Source of the DNA: Octopus bimaculoides
Lineage: Eukaryota
DNA: 64,000 nucleotides
NCBI RefSeq assembly: GCF_001194135.2
Contig: NC_068988.1
Coordinates: 11,572,163 to 11,636,162 of the forward strand
Reading direction: 5' to 3'
Shown here one piece after another: positions 50,432 to 63,670 of this stretch (position 1 is its first letter; each line of letters starts with the position of its first letter). A model generated the notes under the pieces. That model did not search any database, had not been told where the DNA came from, and saw only the letters and a program-made list of their open reading frames with translations. The position numbers and the translations under genes are program-made.

Positions 50432-50632
50432 CTCATAGAACTGGTTTCCCGGTTTCCATGACGTATATATTTCCCACCTGGACGGGATCCCAGTCCGTCG
50501 CAGGATTACTCCGTTTTGCCAGCTGAGTAGCCCCCGGAGAAACATAAAATGGAGTATTTCATACTTCCAAAAATCGAAACTACAATCTTACAATCCTGAG
50601 TCCAACAGGCTAACCACTAATCCACGCACCTC
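50432..50632 (-). mobile_element. SINE family E with V-domain-like segment
   Basis: Minus strand GAGGTGCGTGGATTAGTGGTTAG...GGTTTCGATT...CCTGCGACGGACTGGGATCCCGTCCAGGTGGG. The last motif resembles the V-SINE central domain (recalled, not searched). Confidence 0.75.
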
Positions 50633-51922
50633 TACATTACCACCATCAGAACAGTCAATAAATCAATTTTGGATTGTAATATATAGGACGTGGTGTCATA
50701 GGAATTGATTATAGTGCACGTCGTGTTAGTGGAGTGTTCCTGAAAAGGTGCTGACACTTGTTATACAACTCCCACTGTTTGTTTTCCCTTTTCTTTATTC
50801 TCACACACTGTTTTCTTTTCTCTTATATGCATATACGCATGTATATAAGCTGTATACTTTTGCTACACATGCTTCTGAACGATTGTCTTTACGTCAGTCT
50901 GATATTTTAGATCTATGCTGCTCGCTGTCTTTTCTATTCTTGCACTGACGCACAGGAGCGTAATAATGTCATCGCACATTAAAGACTTCTCGAGGGATTT
51001 AAACACATGCATAATGCAAATTTATACATATATACATATACAAACGTCAGTGTTTACGATATCGCCTGATCAGTTGATTTCTCACTGTACAGAACGATTC
51101 ACCATCAGTTGGTGCAGAACATATTTCTTTCATACAATACTGTTTCATATTTACTGATACCATTTTATTTCTTTACTCGAGATATATGATATGTAATTAT
51201 CTATAATTAATCGTTGAAGCATTTCAACAAGATCCGTATCAGTTAGATATATAGGGTGCTATGAGCAATGCTAATACATACAGAGTTGGCCAAACGTCAC
51301 CCGACAGTAAATCAAAATTCCATAAATACTATCTGTAATTCTGTACTGACTCGAATGGAAAACTGTGTCGTTCAAGGACTTCGGTTTGAATAATTTTCAT
51401 TATATTTCAAATTTAGATGCTTTTATTAAATTCATACAGTTGTTAAACATAAATAGACCTTGGAATTACATGGTTTTGATTTTCTGTCAGGTGACTTTGA
51501 CTATATATATNNNNNNNNNNNNNNNNNNNNNNNNNNNNNNNNNNNNNNNNNNNNNNNNNNNNNNNNNNNNNNNNNNNNNNNNNNNNNNNNNNNNNNNNNN
51601 NNNNNNNNNNNNNNNNNNNNNNNNNNNNNNNNNNNNNNNNNNNNNNNNNNNNNNNNNNNNNNNNNNNNNNNNNNNNNNNNNNNNNNNNNNNNNNNNNNNN
51701 NNNNNNNNNNNNNNNNNNNNNNNNNNNNNNNNNNNNNNNNNNNNNNNNNNNNNNNNNNNNNNNNNNNNNNNNNNNNNNNNNNNNNNNNNNNNNNNNNNNN
51801 NNNNNNNNNNNNNNNNNNNNNNNNNNNNNNNNNNNNNNNNNNNNNNNNNNNNNNNNNNNNNNNNNNNNNNNNNNNNNNNNNNNNNNNNNNNNNNNNNNNN
51901 NNNNNNNNNNNNNNNNNNNNNN

Positions 51923-51967
<45 letters not shown>

Positions 51968-52050
51968 CAAATACAAATAAGCAGAAAATTGAGAAAACCT
52001 CAGTTTAAAAAAACATCTATTGGGCCACATTTATAGTTTATTTTTAATGC

Positions 52051-52211
52051 AAAAGAAAGAAAACATGACCTAGAAAAAAGTCTAGAAGCTCAATATGTTA
52101 AAAGCATATAATTCGGTATCTAGGGCCTACTGGGTCTGTAGGTAAAAGAGGGAGCTAGTAAACATATTAGGCTTGTAGAGTTTTTTTCTAGGCTAAGTTT
52201 TCTTTCCTTTT
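52051..52211. mobile_element. MITE-like element with about 50-bp imperfect terminal inverted repeats
   Basis: AAAACATGACCTAGAAAAAAGTCTAGAAGCTCAATATGTT versus AACATATTAGGCTTGTAGAGTTTTTTTCTAGGCTAAGTTTT. Confidence 0.6.
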
Positions 52212-52386
52212 TCTTCTCTTCGTTTATATTGTATGCTCTTGTTCTTTTACTCTGATGAAAATCCATGACTTACCGTGTACGTACGTTTGTGTGTTTGTGG
52301 GTGTAAGTGGGTATTGGAGTTTTGAGCGTTAATTCACATATATATATTACATGTTCATACTGTCATAAATTGCCTATCAATATGCG

Positions 52387-52769
52387 TGAAGCGCAATGGC
52401 CCAGTTCTTAGGGCAACGGACTCGCAGTCGTGGGATCGTGGTTTCCGTTCCCAAACCGGGCGGTGTGTGTGTGTTTATTGACAGAAAACGCCTAAAGCTC
52501 CACGAGGCTCCAGCAGAAAATGGTAGCTAATCGTGCTGAATACTTTCATTGCAACTTTCTCTCACACTTTCTTCCTGTTTCTGTTGTACCTGTATTTCAA
52601 AGGGCCAGCCTTGTCACACACAGTGTCACGCTGAATCTCACCGAGAACTACGTTAAGGGTACACATGTCTGTGGAGTGCTCAGTCACTTGCACGTTAATT
52701 TCATGAGCACGCTGTTCCGTTCATCGCATCAACTGGAACCCTCGTCGTCGTAACCGACGGAGTTCCATG
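52387..52769 (+). mobile_element. SINE family C, full length, 11-bp target-site duplication
   Basis: ATCAATATGCG at 52376-52386 and 52770-52780; the body matches 862-1247. Confidence 0.92.
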
Positions 52770-53243
52770 ATCAATATGCGCAAAAAATTACTACTGGTAG
52801 GCACTCATTAAACTATATCACGCCATTATTGTTTATTATAAGTTTTAAACGCAAGATCAATAAATCAGATCACGTACTGTTGATTCCTCTAATCAAGTAA
52901 CATCCTCCTTTACACATCTTTTCTCTTTTGCCTAAATATTACGCAGAATTTATTTTTGCAGCTGATTTTTCAAACAATGTATCATAAATCAGGTTTTGGA
53001 TTCAGTTAATTAACAATATGAAGGACGCAATTTTTGGTTAATTTTTCGTTAATTGTTTCTGATGTAGACCCGAAAGCTACGTGTGAATATATATGAAAAC
53101 ATATACAATCTTATATATATACGCATCGCATATATACATACATACATACATACATACATACGTTGTGTGTCTGTGTATGTGGATGTGGGTGTGTGGGTGT
53201 GTGTGGGTGTGTGTGTGTGTCTGTGTGTGTCTCTGTGTGTGTC

Positions 53244-53310
<67 letters not shown>

Positions 53311-53325
53311 TTCTCCTCCTCCCCT

Positions 53326-53366
53326 TAATTATTATTATTATCATTATCATTATTATCATCATCATC

Positions 53367-53439
<73 letters not shown>

Positions 53440-53472
53440 TATATAGATAGATAGATAGATAGATAGATAGAT
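53326..53472. repeat. (TAT/CAT)n followed by (TAGA)n
   Basis: Direct read of the sequence. Confidence 0.95.
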
Positions 53473-54494
53473 GTATTTATAATTTCGCGATAAGTGGGTC
53501 CTTAACATTATCATTATCTCAACCATATATATTATCGTTATCTCAGATATACAGGTTCATTACGTTACATAATATGTGTGTGTTTGCGTGTTTCTACCTC
53601 TGTGTGTCTTTTCATGTGTGAGTGTCTGATAGAGAGAGAGAGAAGGGGGTGAAGAAGGGAAATTGTTTTAGAATACTTTCGTTAATTCTAAGTACTAAAA
53701 CTAGAAGCTTCATAATTTACTCCGCAGAGCAAACTAAGATTAATGAGATTCTCGGCTTGAAAATACAGAGGCAAATGAGCATTGTTATACATCAATTAAC
53801 TGACCTCCTACTGATAGAAACAATGGGTGATTCTTCCTAATTTGCAAGAATTGCTCATACGATAGGTAACAGGTGGATTTCCAACCACTCGAAATTGCCA
53901 TAAAGGCTGCCAGCAAGATACATATATTCGAACGAGTTAAGTTATCGCTAAAGCTTCTTCTAAACTAATTACTTATAGTTGTGGTNNNNNNNNNNAGCAA
54001 GATACATATATTCGAACGAGTTAAGTTATCGCTAAAGCTTCTTCTAAACTAATTACTTATAGTTGTGGTCATAATTCTTAGGACAACGTGACGAATCCTT
54101 TCAACAGAGAAAGGATTATTTTTATCGCTTAATGCTATGTTTATGGACTTTTAAATTTATACGAGAAAATGTGTAATGACTAGTAGAGAAACACGCACAC
54201 ATACACACATATGTATGTGCATTTACATGTATGTATGTATGTAATGTATGTATGTGGACACACAGAAGTAGAAACGAAGATGAACAGAAGTAGAATTAAT
54301 GAGTTTGCATGGAATACAAAATACAGTGCATGAAATAAAGAATTGAAAGCACACAAAATAAGTTATGCACTAGTCTAATCTTCACAGCTGTTTCGGGTGA
54401 ACAATAGCTTCTGACGTAATCAAATTCACTACGTTACTTTGTATGCATGTTGGTGTGTATGTCTGTATGTGTGTATATATATATATATATATAT

Positions 54495-55536
54495 CCACAT
54501 ACTTCCGGGTTCAATCCCACTGCTTGACAACTTGAGCAAGTGTCTTGTACTATAGCCTTGTGAGAGAATTTGTTAGATGAAAACTGAAAGAAGCCCATCA
54601 CACACACACACACGTACATATATATATATATANNNNNNNNNNNNNNNNNNNNNNNNNNNNNNNNNNNNNNNNNNNNNNNNNNNNNNNNNNNNNNNNNNNN
54701 NNNNNNNNNNNNNNNNNNNNNNNNNNNNNNNNNNNNNNNNNNNNNNNNNNNNNNNNNNNNNNNNNNNNNNNNNNNNNNNNNNNNNNNNNNNNNNNNNNNN
54801 NNNNNNNNNNNNNNNNNNNNNNNNNNNNNNNNNNNNNNNNNNNNNNNNNNNNNNNNNNNNNNNNNNNNNNNNNNNNNNNNNNNNNNNNNNNNNNNNNNNN
54901 NNNNNNNNNNNNNNNNNNNNNNNNNNNNNNNNNNNNNNNNNNNNNNNNNNNNNNNNNNNNNNNNNNNNNNNNNNNNNNNNNNNNNNNNNNNNNNNNNNNN
55001 NNNNNNNNNNNNNNNNNNNNNNNNNNNNNNNNNNNNNNNNNNNNNNNNNNNNNNNNNNNNNNNNNNNNNNNNNNNNNNNNNNNNNNNNNNNNNNNNNNNN
55101 NNNNNNNNNNNNNNNNNNNNNNNNNNNNNNNNNNNNNNNNNNNNNNNNNNNNNNNNNNNNNNNNNNNNNNNNNNNNNNNNNNNNNNNNNNNNNNNNNNNN
55201 NNNNNNNNNNNNNNNNNNNNNNNNNNNNNNNNNATATACATATATATATATGTACATATATATATAAATATACTTATATATATATATATATGTGTGTGTA
55301 TTTATATATTTATGTATATGTGTATATGATTGTGTGTATATGTTTGCGTGTTTGTCTCTGTCTCTCACCATCGCTTGATAACCGACGTTGGCGTGTCTAC
55401 GTTCCCGTAACTTAGTGGTTCGACAAAAGAGCCCGATAGAATAAGTACTAGTCTTATAAAGAATCAGTCCTGGAGTCGATTTGTTCGGTTGAAAGGCGGT
55501 GCACCAGCATGGCTGCAGTCAAAATGACTGAAACTT
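54495..55536 (+). mobile_element. SINE family A whose internal microsatellite spans a 600-bp gap
   Basis: 5' part GGGTTCAATCCCACTG..CTTGAGCAAGTG..GAAAGAAGCCC lies before the gap and 3' part CCATCGCTTGATAACCG..GACTGAAAC lies after it. A single copy is inferred. Confidence 0.7.
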
Positions 55537-55537
55537 G

Positions 55538-55716
55538 TTTCACCCATTTCAGTGCAGCCATGCTGGGGCACCGCCTTCAACGCTTTTAGTCGTACAAATT
55601 GACCTTCGGGCTTATTTTTTAAAGCTTAGTACTTATTCTATCGGTATATTTTTCCCAACCGCTAAGTTACGGGGACGTAGACACAGGGTGTAAAGCAGTG
55701 GCGGGGGCAAACACAC
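55538..55716 (-). mobile_element. SINE family A, 3' half, tail-to-tail with the previous copy
   Basis: TGCAGCCATGCTGGGGCACCGCCTTCAA...AGTACTTATTCTATCGG...CGCTAAGTTACGGGGACGTA. Confidence 0.85.
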
Positions 55717-55738
55717 ACACACAGTTATATATATATAT

Positions 55739-55794
<56 letters not shown>

Positions 55795-55795
55795 G

Positions 55796-55844
<49 letters not shown>

Positions 55845-56159
55845 TTCTCATTAATCTTAACGAACTGGTAGGTCTTCCACAGGACACAGGAACTCTGTGG
55901 ACTAATTTATATATTAAAAACAAAACATAGTAATAATCTATGAGTGAATAGCAATAATCTGTTAGTGGCAGCATACCATCGTACATGAGAAGTTAATGTC
56001 ACGTTTATCTTGCAGCATTTTAGCATAGAGACGTTATAACAGAAAAACAATGTCTAGACATGTGAATATGTTTTTTGATTCAGTAACCGCCACACACACA
56101 GTAAACCTGTGCGATTTTTAACGCTTAGAAAAAAAAAACAATTCTGTCTAATTTTTCGA

Positions 56160-56360
56160 ACCAGGTCAATAATTTTAGTGGGTTGGCTAATCGATTACAT
56201 CGATCCCTCCCAGAATTTGGCTTGTAATTTATTTTATCGACTTTGAAAGGATGAACGGCAAAGCTGACCTCAGCGGAATTTCAACTCGGAACGTAAAGAA
56301 ACGGAAAAAATGCCATTAAACACTTTATCCGATGTGCCAACGATTCTGCTAGCTCGTCGA
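56160..56360 (-). mobile_element. SINE family B
   Basis: ATCGATTACATCGAT...TTTTATCGAC..GAAAGGATGAACGGCAAAG..GACCTC...GATTCTGCTAGCTCG. Confidence 0.82.
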
Positions 56361-58581
56361 CATCTTTGAAATAATCATAGACACCCTTATCTACATTCGG
56401 CGTCCACCCAAAATAAAGAGAAATTGCAAAATCTAGATCGTTTCTCAGCCTGTGATATATAGTGAACAAAATCAGTCTGCATCACATTGTATTTATTGCT
56501 TTAAAAATGGTAATACACAGTTTTAGATATACTGCAAGTGAGAAAAGAAAAGGAAGAGAGAAGGCTGAATAGCAACAACAAAACTGAGCGATTAACCTGT
56601 TCTTTTTAAGTATTTGTCAGATCCTCTTATAAACATTTTGCCAATTCATTCATTCCCAGATCGACAATCTTTCGGAATCTACCCCCTTGCCAAATGTGTT
56701 ACGGTTATCAACTTTCTGAGGTTTAAATGTAACATCAACCGTATTGATCTCAGTTTACAAACGTTATGGGAGTTTTAAATTTTCTATCTCTCATAGTAAA
56801 ATAAAATGAAAGGATTTTTTGTTTCATACCGAACGATTTTTTAAGTTTATCACTGCATATATAAAAATGTTAAAACGTATCTCTCACTCATGAAGCTGTT
56901 TGTTGGGTCAACCATAAAAATTTCTGACATATCCTTTCTGCAAATATTACAGATGTTAGTGTTAATGGTGGTGACATTTGTGGTACTGTTGCAATTGCTT
57001 AACTCTCAGATCAAACGTAGTTCAATAAACTGTGATGAAAGGCATTCGAGCCGTCATTTTTAAAGAATATCTAGGAATACATTATAAACATTATAACATC
57101 AATCCTTTTCTAATCCAAGATGGTAGTATTTGATTTGAGTGCATTTGGCTGCTATTTTTAGCACGTCGCTCAACGACGTACATGTTTCTTTGTTGGTTAA
57201 TGATAGCTATGTGCAGTGAGAATTTATATGAGAACGCATTTATACGTTGAGAGACATTTTTGTTATCAACAGCAGAACCTACTTTTCCTGTCGAATCGTA
57301 ACTGATTTCTTTTGACGATTTCTTTCAAGAAGAAAACTACGAAAAATCTATACAATAATGGCTTCCTTGAGAAGAGAAAATATGTAGAAACTGCAAATTA
57401 GATTCTTGGTAAAACTAGTAAGGTATATCTTGGCACTAGACATTTATTTCCTGAACAGAATTTATACTGTTACATATCTCTTCATTTTTCATATAGTTTC
57501 CGTTCATACCTTAAACTACATTTGATTATATTTGTTTTTACCATCACATCGGGATTTGTGAGGAGTTCCACATTCCAAGCATCTATTTCTTGCACATTGT
57601 GAACTATATACACCTTCCTGCTTGGCCATGATGTATATTTAGTATTCATGTATGTATATAAGAGCGTATGCAGAAGACAGTCTTTGATATATATATATAT
57701 ATATATATATATANNNNNNNNNNNNNNNNNNNNNNNNNNNNNNNNNNNNNNNNNNNNNNNNNNNNNNNNNNNNNNNNNNNNNNNNNNNNNNNNNNNNNNN
57801 NNNNNNNNNNNNNNNNNNNNNNNNNNNNNNNNNNNNNNNNNNNNNNNNNNNNNNNNNNNNNNNNNNNNNNNNNNNNNNNNNNNNNNNNNNNNNNNNNNNN
57901 NNNNNNNNNNNNNNNNNNNNNNNNNNNNNNNNNNNNNNNNNNNNNNNNNNNNNNNNNNNNNNNNNNNNNNNNNNNNNNNNNNNNNNNNNNNNNNNNNNNN
58001 NNNNNNNNNNNNNNNNNNNNNNNNNNNNNNNNNNNNNNNNNNNNNNNNNNNNNNNNNNNNNNNNNNNNNNNNNNNNNNNNNNNNNNNNNNNNNNNNNNNN
58101 NNNNNNNNNNNNNNNNNNNNNNNNNNNNNNNNNNNNNNNNNNNNNNNNNNNNNNNNNNNNNNNNNNNNNNNNNNNNNNNNNNNNNNNNNNNNNNNNNNNN
58201 NNNNNNNNNNNNNNNNNNNNNNNNNNNNNNNNNNNNNNNNNNNNNNNNNNNNNNNNNNNNNNNNNNNNNNNNNNNNNNNNNNNNNNNNNNNNNNNNNNNN
58301 NNNNNNNNNNNNNNNNNNNNNNNNNNNNNNNNNNNNNNNNNNNNNNNNNNNNNNNNNNNNNNNNNNNNNNNNNNNNNNNNNNNNNNNNNNNNNNNNNNNN
58401 NNNNNNNNNNNNNNNNNNNNNNNNNNNNNNNNNNNNNNNNNNNNNNNNNNNNNNNNNNNNNNNNNNNNNNNNNNNNNNNNNNNNNNNNNNNNNNNNNNNN
58501 NNNNNNNNNNNNNNNNNNNNNNNNNNNNNNNNNNNNNNNNNNNNNNNNNNNNNNNNNNNNNNNNNNNNNNNNNNNNNNNNN

Positions 58582-58625
<44 letters not shown>

Positions 58626-58628
58626 GTG

Positions 58629-58854
58629 TTTCAGTATTCAGAGTGTAGTTGGGGCATATAATTGTTTCAGTATTTAGAGTGATGCTGGGGCATCGCCTTG
58701 AAGAGTTTTAGTCGAATAAAGCGACCACAGTACAATATATATTTTTCTAATTCTGGTGCTTACCTTATTGATTCTTATTGCTGAACCGCTAACTTACGAA
58801 TTCGTAAGATTCGTAAGCAGAGACAAAAAGTTCCACAGACCCACTTATACATAA

Positions 58855-58892
<38 letters not shown>

Positions 58893-59085
58893 GCGTGTGT
58901 TTGTGTGTGTATGTATATGTACGACGAGCTTCTTTACGTTTCCATCTACTAAATCCAATCAACAGATTTTGCCCAGCCTGATGAAAAAATTAGAAGAAAA
59001 TTTCCCAATGTGCCGTGCACTAGAACTGAACTTCGAACCCTGTGGTAGGGAAACAAACTTTTTACCACACAGCCACGCCTGCACC
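58629..59085 (-). mobile_element. Degenerate full-length SINE family A with a duplicated 3' terminus
   Basis: Head TTACCACACAGCCACGCCTGCACCT and internal (TA/TG)n; the 3' block GTTTCAGTATT..GAGTG...TGGGGCAT occurs twice. Confidence 0.75.
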
Positions 59086-59519
59086 TGTTATTATTATTTT
59101 CTTTATTAAACTCATAGTATACTCAGATTGCTCTCCTCTTATAAATGCTACGTCTCCATGTCCGCTATATTTAAGACGGTAGCGTATGATTCGACAAAGA
59201 TCTAGCTGGGATTTCTGGCAACTCAATTGAGCTCTGATTCAGCTTTCTGTTGGTTATAAATGAGCGTGGGATTTAACTAGGGATGGCTCCTTGTACACCA
59301 TCAATCACTGACACACTTTAGTGAAAAATATGGTCTGGATAATTTGACTTGTCTCAGCAAGACTATTAAGAAGGAACTTCACCTAACTGAGACACACACA
59401 ACACATTTAATTAGAAACAGGCATTGCAAACTCATACGCACACAGAAAAGCAGTGGCAATCGCTTACACACATTCACTTTCTGTTTCTCTCTTTCTCCCT
59501 CACTTTCCCCCTCTTTCTG

Positions 59520-59596
<77 letters not shown>

Positions 59597-59796
59597 CACA
59601 TTACACACACGTATAAATGTCTTCTCAGGCCGAATCTTATAAATTGAGAATTACACAACATACAAAATATGCTCCAAATAATTGAAAAGAAGAAACGTTT
59701 TCCTATGAGGTAACCAGTATTGGTAAGAAATTTCCTCTATTTCATCATGATGACAAATTTCTATGGCAACACAAACATGCATAAACATTACATAAA

Positions 59797-59839
<43 letters not shown>

Positions 59840-60133
59840 CAAATATATATACATATATATATATACATATATATAACCTAATATGTTAGTGTTATGGCGC
59901 GGTCACTGATGAGAAGTTCGCCTAGCAAATTATTTTATTTATTAAAGAAATTTTGAAACCTAGGTCTGATCGGAATAAAATAACAAGGTAATTTTCTTTT
60001 ATTTTTCATTCTGTTTGAAGATTGCTCTTAAATGTGGTTTTGGTCGTTTTGACTACTTCTTCTAGCGTGTAAAACTGCTTGTTGAAGGCAGTTTCTCTTG
60101 TGTTTAAATGTACACTATTTTATATTGAGAATA

Positions 60134-60227
<94 letters not shown>

Positions 60228-60472
60228 TTTATGTATGCTTATGACTACACTAATAGCCCCATGACTTCAGTTCAGTATATTTCTGTTTTGCTCCTTGCCT
60301 TATTGAAGAGCAAATGCCAAACAAATGGATTACACAACATTTCTTGTCAATCTAATCATTATTTCCTCAGGCCATGAGAAAAGGACAGAAGAAAAGTTGA
60401 TCTTTCTCTCTATCCCACGCTTAACTTTACATCTATGTTCATAAACACACTTACATACGCACGCACATATTT

Positions 60473-60597
60473 GGTAGAAAATGGCAAAAGTGACTCAAGG
60501 TCCGACAGTTTCGTACATAGCACTTATTAATCAGTCAGTTTGCAAAGTCCCATGTACGAAACTCTTGGCTCTTGAGTCACTTTTACTACTTCCTACC
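60473..60597. mobile_element. Foldback/hairpin element, copy 2 (MITE-like or pre-miRNA-like)
   Basis: Perfect 14-bp AAAAGTGACTCAAG/CTTGAGTCACTTTT and 12-bp AGTTTCGTACAT/ATGTACGAAACT stems around a 33-nt loop. Confidence 0.75.
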
Positions 60598-61183
60598 GAT
60601 TAAAAGTAATACCGAAAAATCTATCTATCTATGAGCGCCATGGTGAAATTTTATTAGGTTGAACAGAAGTGTATTATTGTCACTCTGTTTGAGAGAAGGA
60701 ATTCCCTCAGATTTTACAGTTTAAGATCAAAATCTTGTTTTTCTTAATACGGATAACGGTATGGTATCAAATTTTAAACTTTTAACTTTCTTCCTTATCG
60801 AAAAATTTATTATGATAATACACGAACAAAGAGGAGAATTTTCGGTGTCTGATTATAAAAGCGATATTGAACGTAATAGCTAACTCCACCTATCTTAATA
60901 TGAATACAGGTAAACTTTCATCAACAATTTGTTATTCGTAGAACACCAGATTTTCCAAGAAAATATTTACTAAACACAATAAAAGTTACTTTGTTTTACA
61001 GTGAGTTCTTAAATAACCAGTCTTACTGAATCAAGAGGACAGTTTTGTGACATGGCCGACCTAATAAGCATTTTTGAGTTTACTAAATTATCTTCATGTT
61101 GTTAACTACTGAAACTAAAATTATCGTCAACGTTCTCAAACTAACGTAACACATTTGCTAATATTACGGAAAAGAAAATACAG

Positions 61184-61570
61184 GCAGGGAGCTAACGGAA
61201 TCGTTAGCACGCCGGAAGAAATACTTAGCAGCATTTCGTCCGTCTTCAGTCTCTGAGTTCAAGTACTGGCAAGGTCGATAAATACAAATAGAACAATGGG
61301 GTCGATGTAATCAACATATCTTATCCTTCAAATTTGCTGGCCTTGTGTCAAAATTTGAAAGTAATATTTCACAAGAGTACAGGAGGAGCTAACAGTATCG
61401 TTAGTACGTCGGACAAAATGCTTAGCGACATTTCGTCCGTGTTTACATTCTGAGTTCAAATTCTGCGGAGGTCGATTTCGCACTTCATTCTGAGCACTGG
61501 GGTCGATATAATCGAGTCACCCTCACCGCAACAATTACAGGCCTTGTGCCAAAACCTGAAATCAATATTT
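61184..61570 (+). mobile_element. Two tandem degenerate family-B SINEs (61184-61370, 61381-61570)
   Basis: GAGCTAAC..ATCGTTAG.ACG.CGG, TCTGAGTTCAA, GGGGTCGAT(G/A)TAATC, GGCCTTGTG.CAAAA. Confidence 0.8.
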
Positions 61571-61600
61571 CACCAAAGTTTGAAGTCAGTTAATTTTATT

Positions 61601-61830
61601 CTTTCATTCTTTATTTGTTTGAGTCATCTAACAACTGCCATGCTGGAGCACCGCCTTTAGTCGAACAAATCGTCCCCACGACTTATTCTTTGTAATCCTA
61701 ATACTTATTCTGTCGGTCTTTTTAGCCGAACTGCTAGATTACGAGGACGTAAACACACCAACATCGGTCGTCAAGCGATGGGTGGGTGACAAACACAGAC
61801 ACAAATATATATATATACATGCACACACAC

Positions 61831-61897
<67 letters not shown>

Positions 61898-62060
61898 TGC
61901 AAGCTTCTTTTAGTTTCCGTTTACCAAATCCATTCACAAGGCTTTGGTCGGCCCGAGGATCCGAGGCTAGAGTAGAAGACACTTGCCGAAGGTATAATGC
62001 AGTGGAACTGAACTCGGGACCGTGTGGTAGGGAAGCAAGCTTCTTACCACACAGCCACAC
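61601..62060 (-). mobile_element. SINE family A, full length, internal (TA)n plus (TAGA)n
   Basis: Reverse complement of the 3' module at 61620-61800, microsatellite at 61806-61896, CORE and head at 61900-62060. Confidence 0.9.
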
Positions 62061-63591
62061 CAATGCCTTCAAAATTTTTAAAGGTTTCAATTTTGTTTTT
62101 CCAAAATGTCTAATAAGGATGCGCCGGTTGTAAGATGTTGCATTCCTGCTGCAAAACCATTATCGTTAATGCCATCTGTGTTTTAACATTCTCACTTATT
62201 TTATCCAGTTGGATCAGAGTTATTATGCGATGTTTCTTCAAGAATTCAAAAGTTAATCGCTAAATACCTTTAAATCGCACAGTTTATCCTACATTAGCAT
62301 TATCAATAAAGTCAGATTTTCTTAATGTAGGACATGTCTCTTCTCGGTGATTATAAACGATTAACACAAATGAATATTTGTGCCATTGTTTCTAACATGT
62401 TCGCATCACGTGTTGTGTCATTGAACCGCCTTCTTCTCTTTCAACACACGTTTCACTCTGGTGGGAAAGTTTGAACGTACGTATTTGACTTCATTCCAGA
62501 TGTTATTCTTTCGTAAATTCATCAAATATTGAACGAGTGTTTCAATGTTAAATGCAGCTCACTTGAATGCCCTCACGGTAAATATCAGTTAGGAGACCAA
62601 CATTTTATAACAAACCTTCAACGTTAATACATAAACAAACCTTTTTTTTTTAATTTCATTCCTTAATTTATCTGTGAAGTTAATCTTTCAAAGATGTAAA
62701 ACCGTTGTGTACCTCTCAGGTGAGCCGCAAAATGTGTGATTCTTTTAAGTCTATCAAATCACTTTGTTCCTATGTGACATACATACCATGCAGAAAACAC
62801 CTGCGGTTTCTATCTAATTCCGATCGTTTAAATCTGGAAGCAAATATCAGTTGCTCCAAAATTTAATATAGCTTTCGGTAGAAACTCAACACAAGAGTAC
62901 ATTTCAGGTTAAATCATCATGACTTTTAATGAGCAAATAACGCATAAACAGTGTAGACATTTTAAATATTATTCTTCTCACATATTTAAGAGATTTTAAG
63001 TCTGTGTGATGAGGTATGGTGTACAGTACAGTGATGCTTTTATGTATGTGTACACATATTCGAACTGACATAGGAATATTTCCCAGGGATGCCTTCTGCA
63101 AACATTTATGTGCACTTAAGTATTTTAATACTACGGTTTTATTGAGTTCCTCTGTATAATTTACCATCCTATGCAGGCTCTGTCTCCAATCGTCTCCTTT
63201 TCTCCCTATGTGCACACACGCACACACACACGTACACACACACACATACAAAACACACAAAACACACGCAATCCGCGCAGAAGCACAAGTACATTCAAAC
63301 TTACGCATCACACTTCTCAGCCGATGTTTCTCACCTGTCGCTTACAAATATCTTTATAAACTCTTTCATTTTCTCACCCCGTTTTTTAATCATTTCTCTC
63401 TCACACTCTCCCTCTCTATCTCCCTTTCTCATTCATTTTCTTCCTATGTTGTCTGTCTCTAAGCCAGTCTGTTTATTCCACACCCTCCCACCTCTCTCTC
63501 TCCCCCTCTCTCTATCTCTCTCTTAATCTCTATTCATTTTCGTCCTCTCCTCCTTTTTCATTCACAACTGACTGCAGTAACNNNNNNNNNN

Positions 63592-63595
63592 AATG

Positions 63596-63656
<61 letters not shown>

Positions 63657-63670
63657 TAATAGTAATAACA
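63592..63670. repeat. (TAA)n
   Basis: Direct read of the sequence. Confidence 0.97.

Noticed and set aside
53911-54069. About 75-bp perfect direct duplication
   Set aside because: It straddles a 10-N gap and is an assembly artefact.
62694-62719. 26-bp micro-exon candidate ending CAG|GTGAGC
   Set aside because: The AAG acceptor is weak and there is no independent support.
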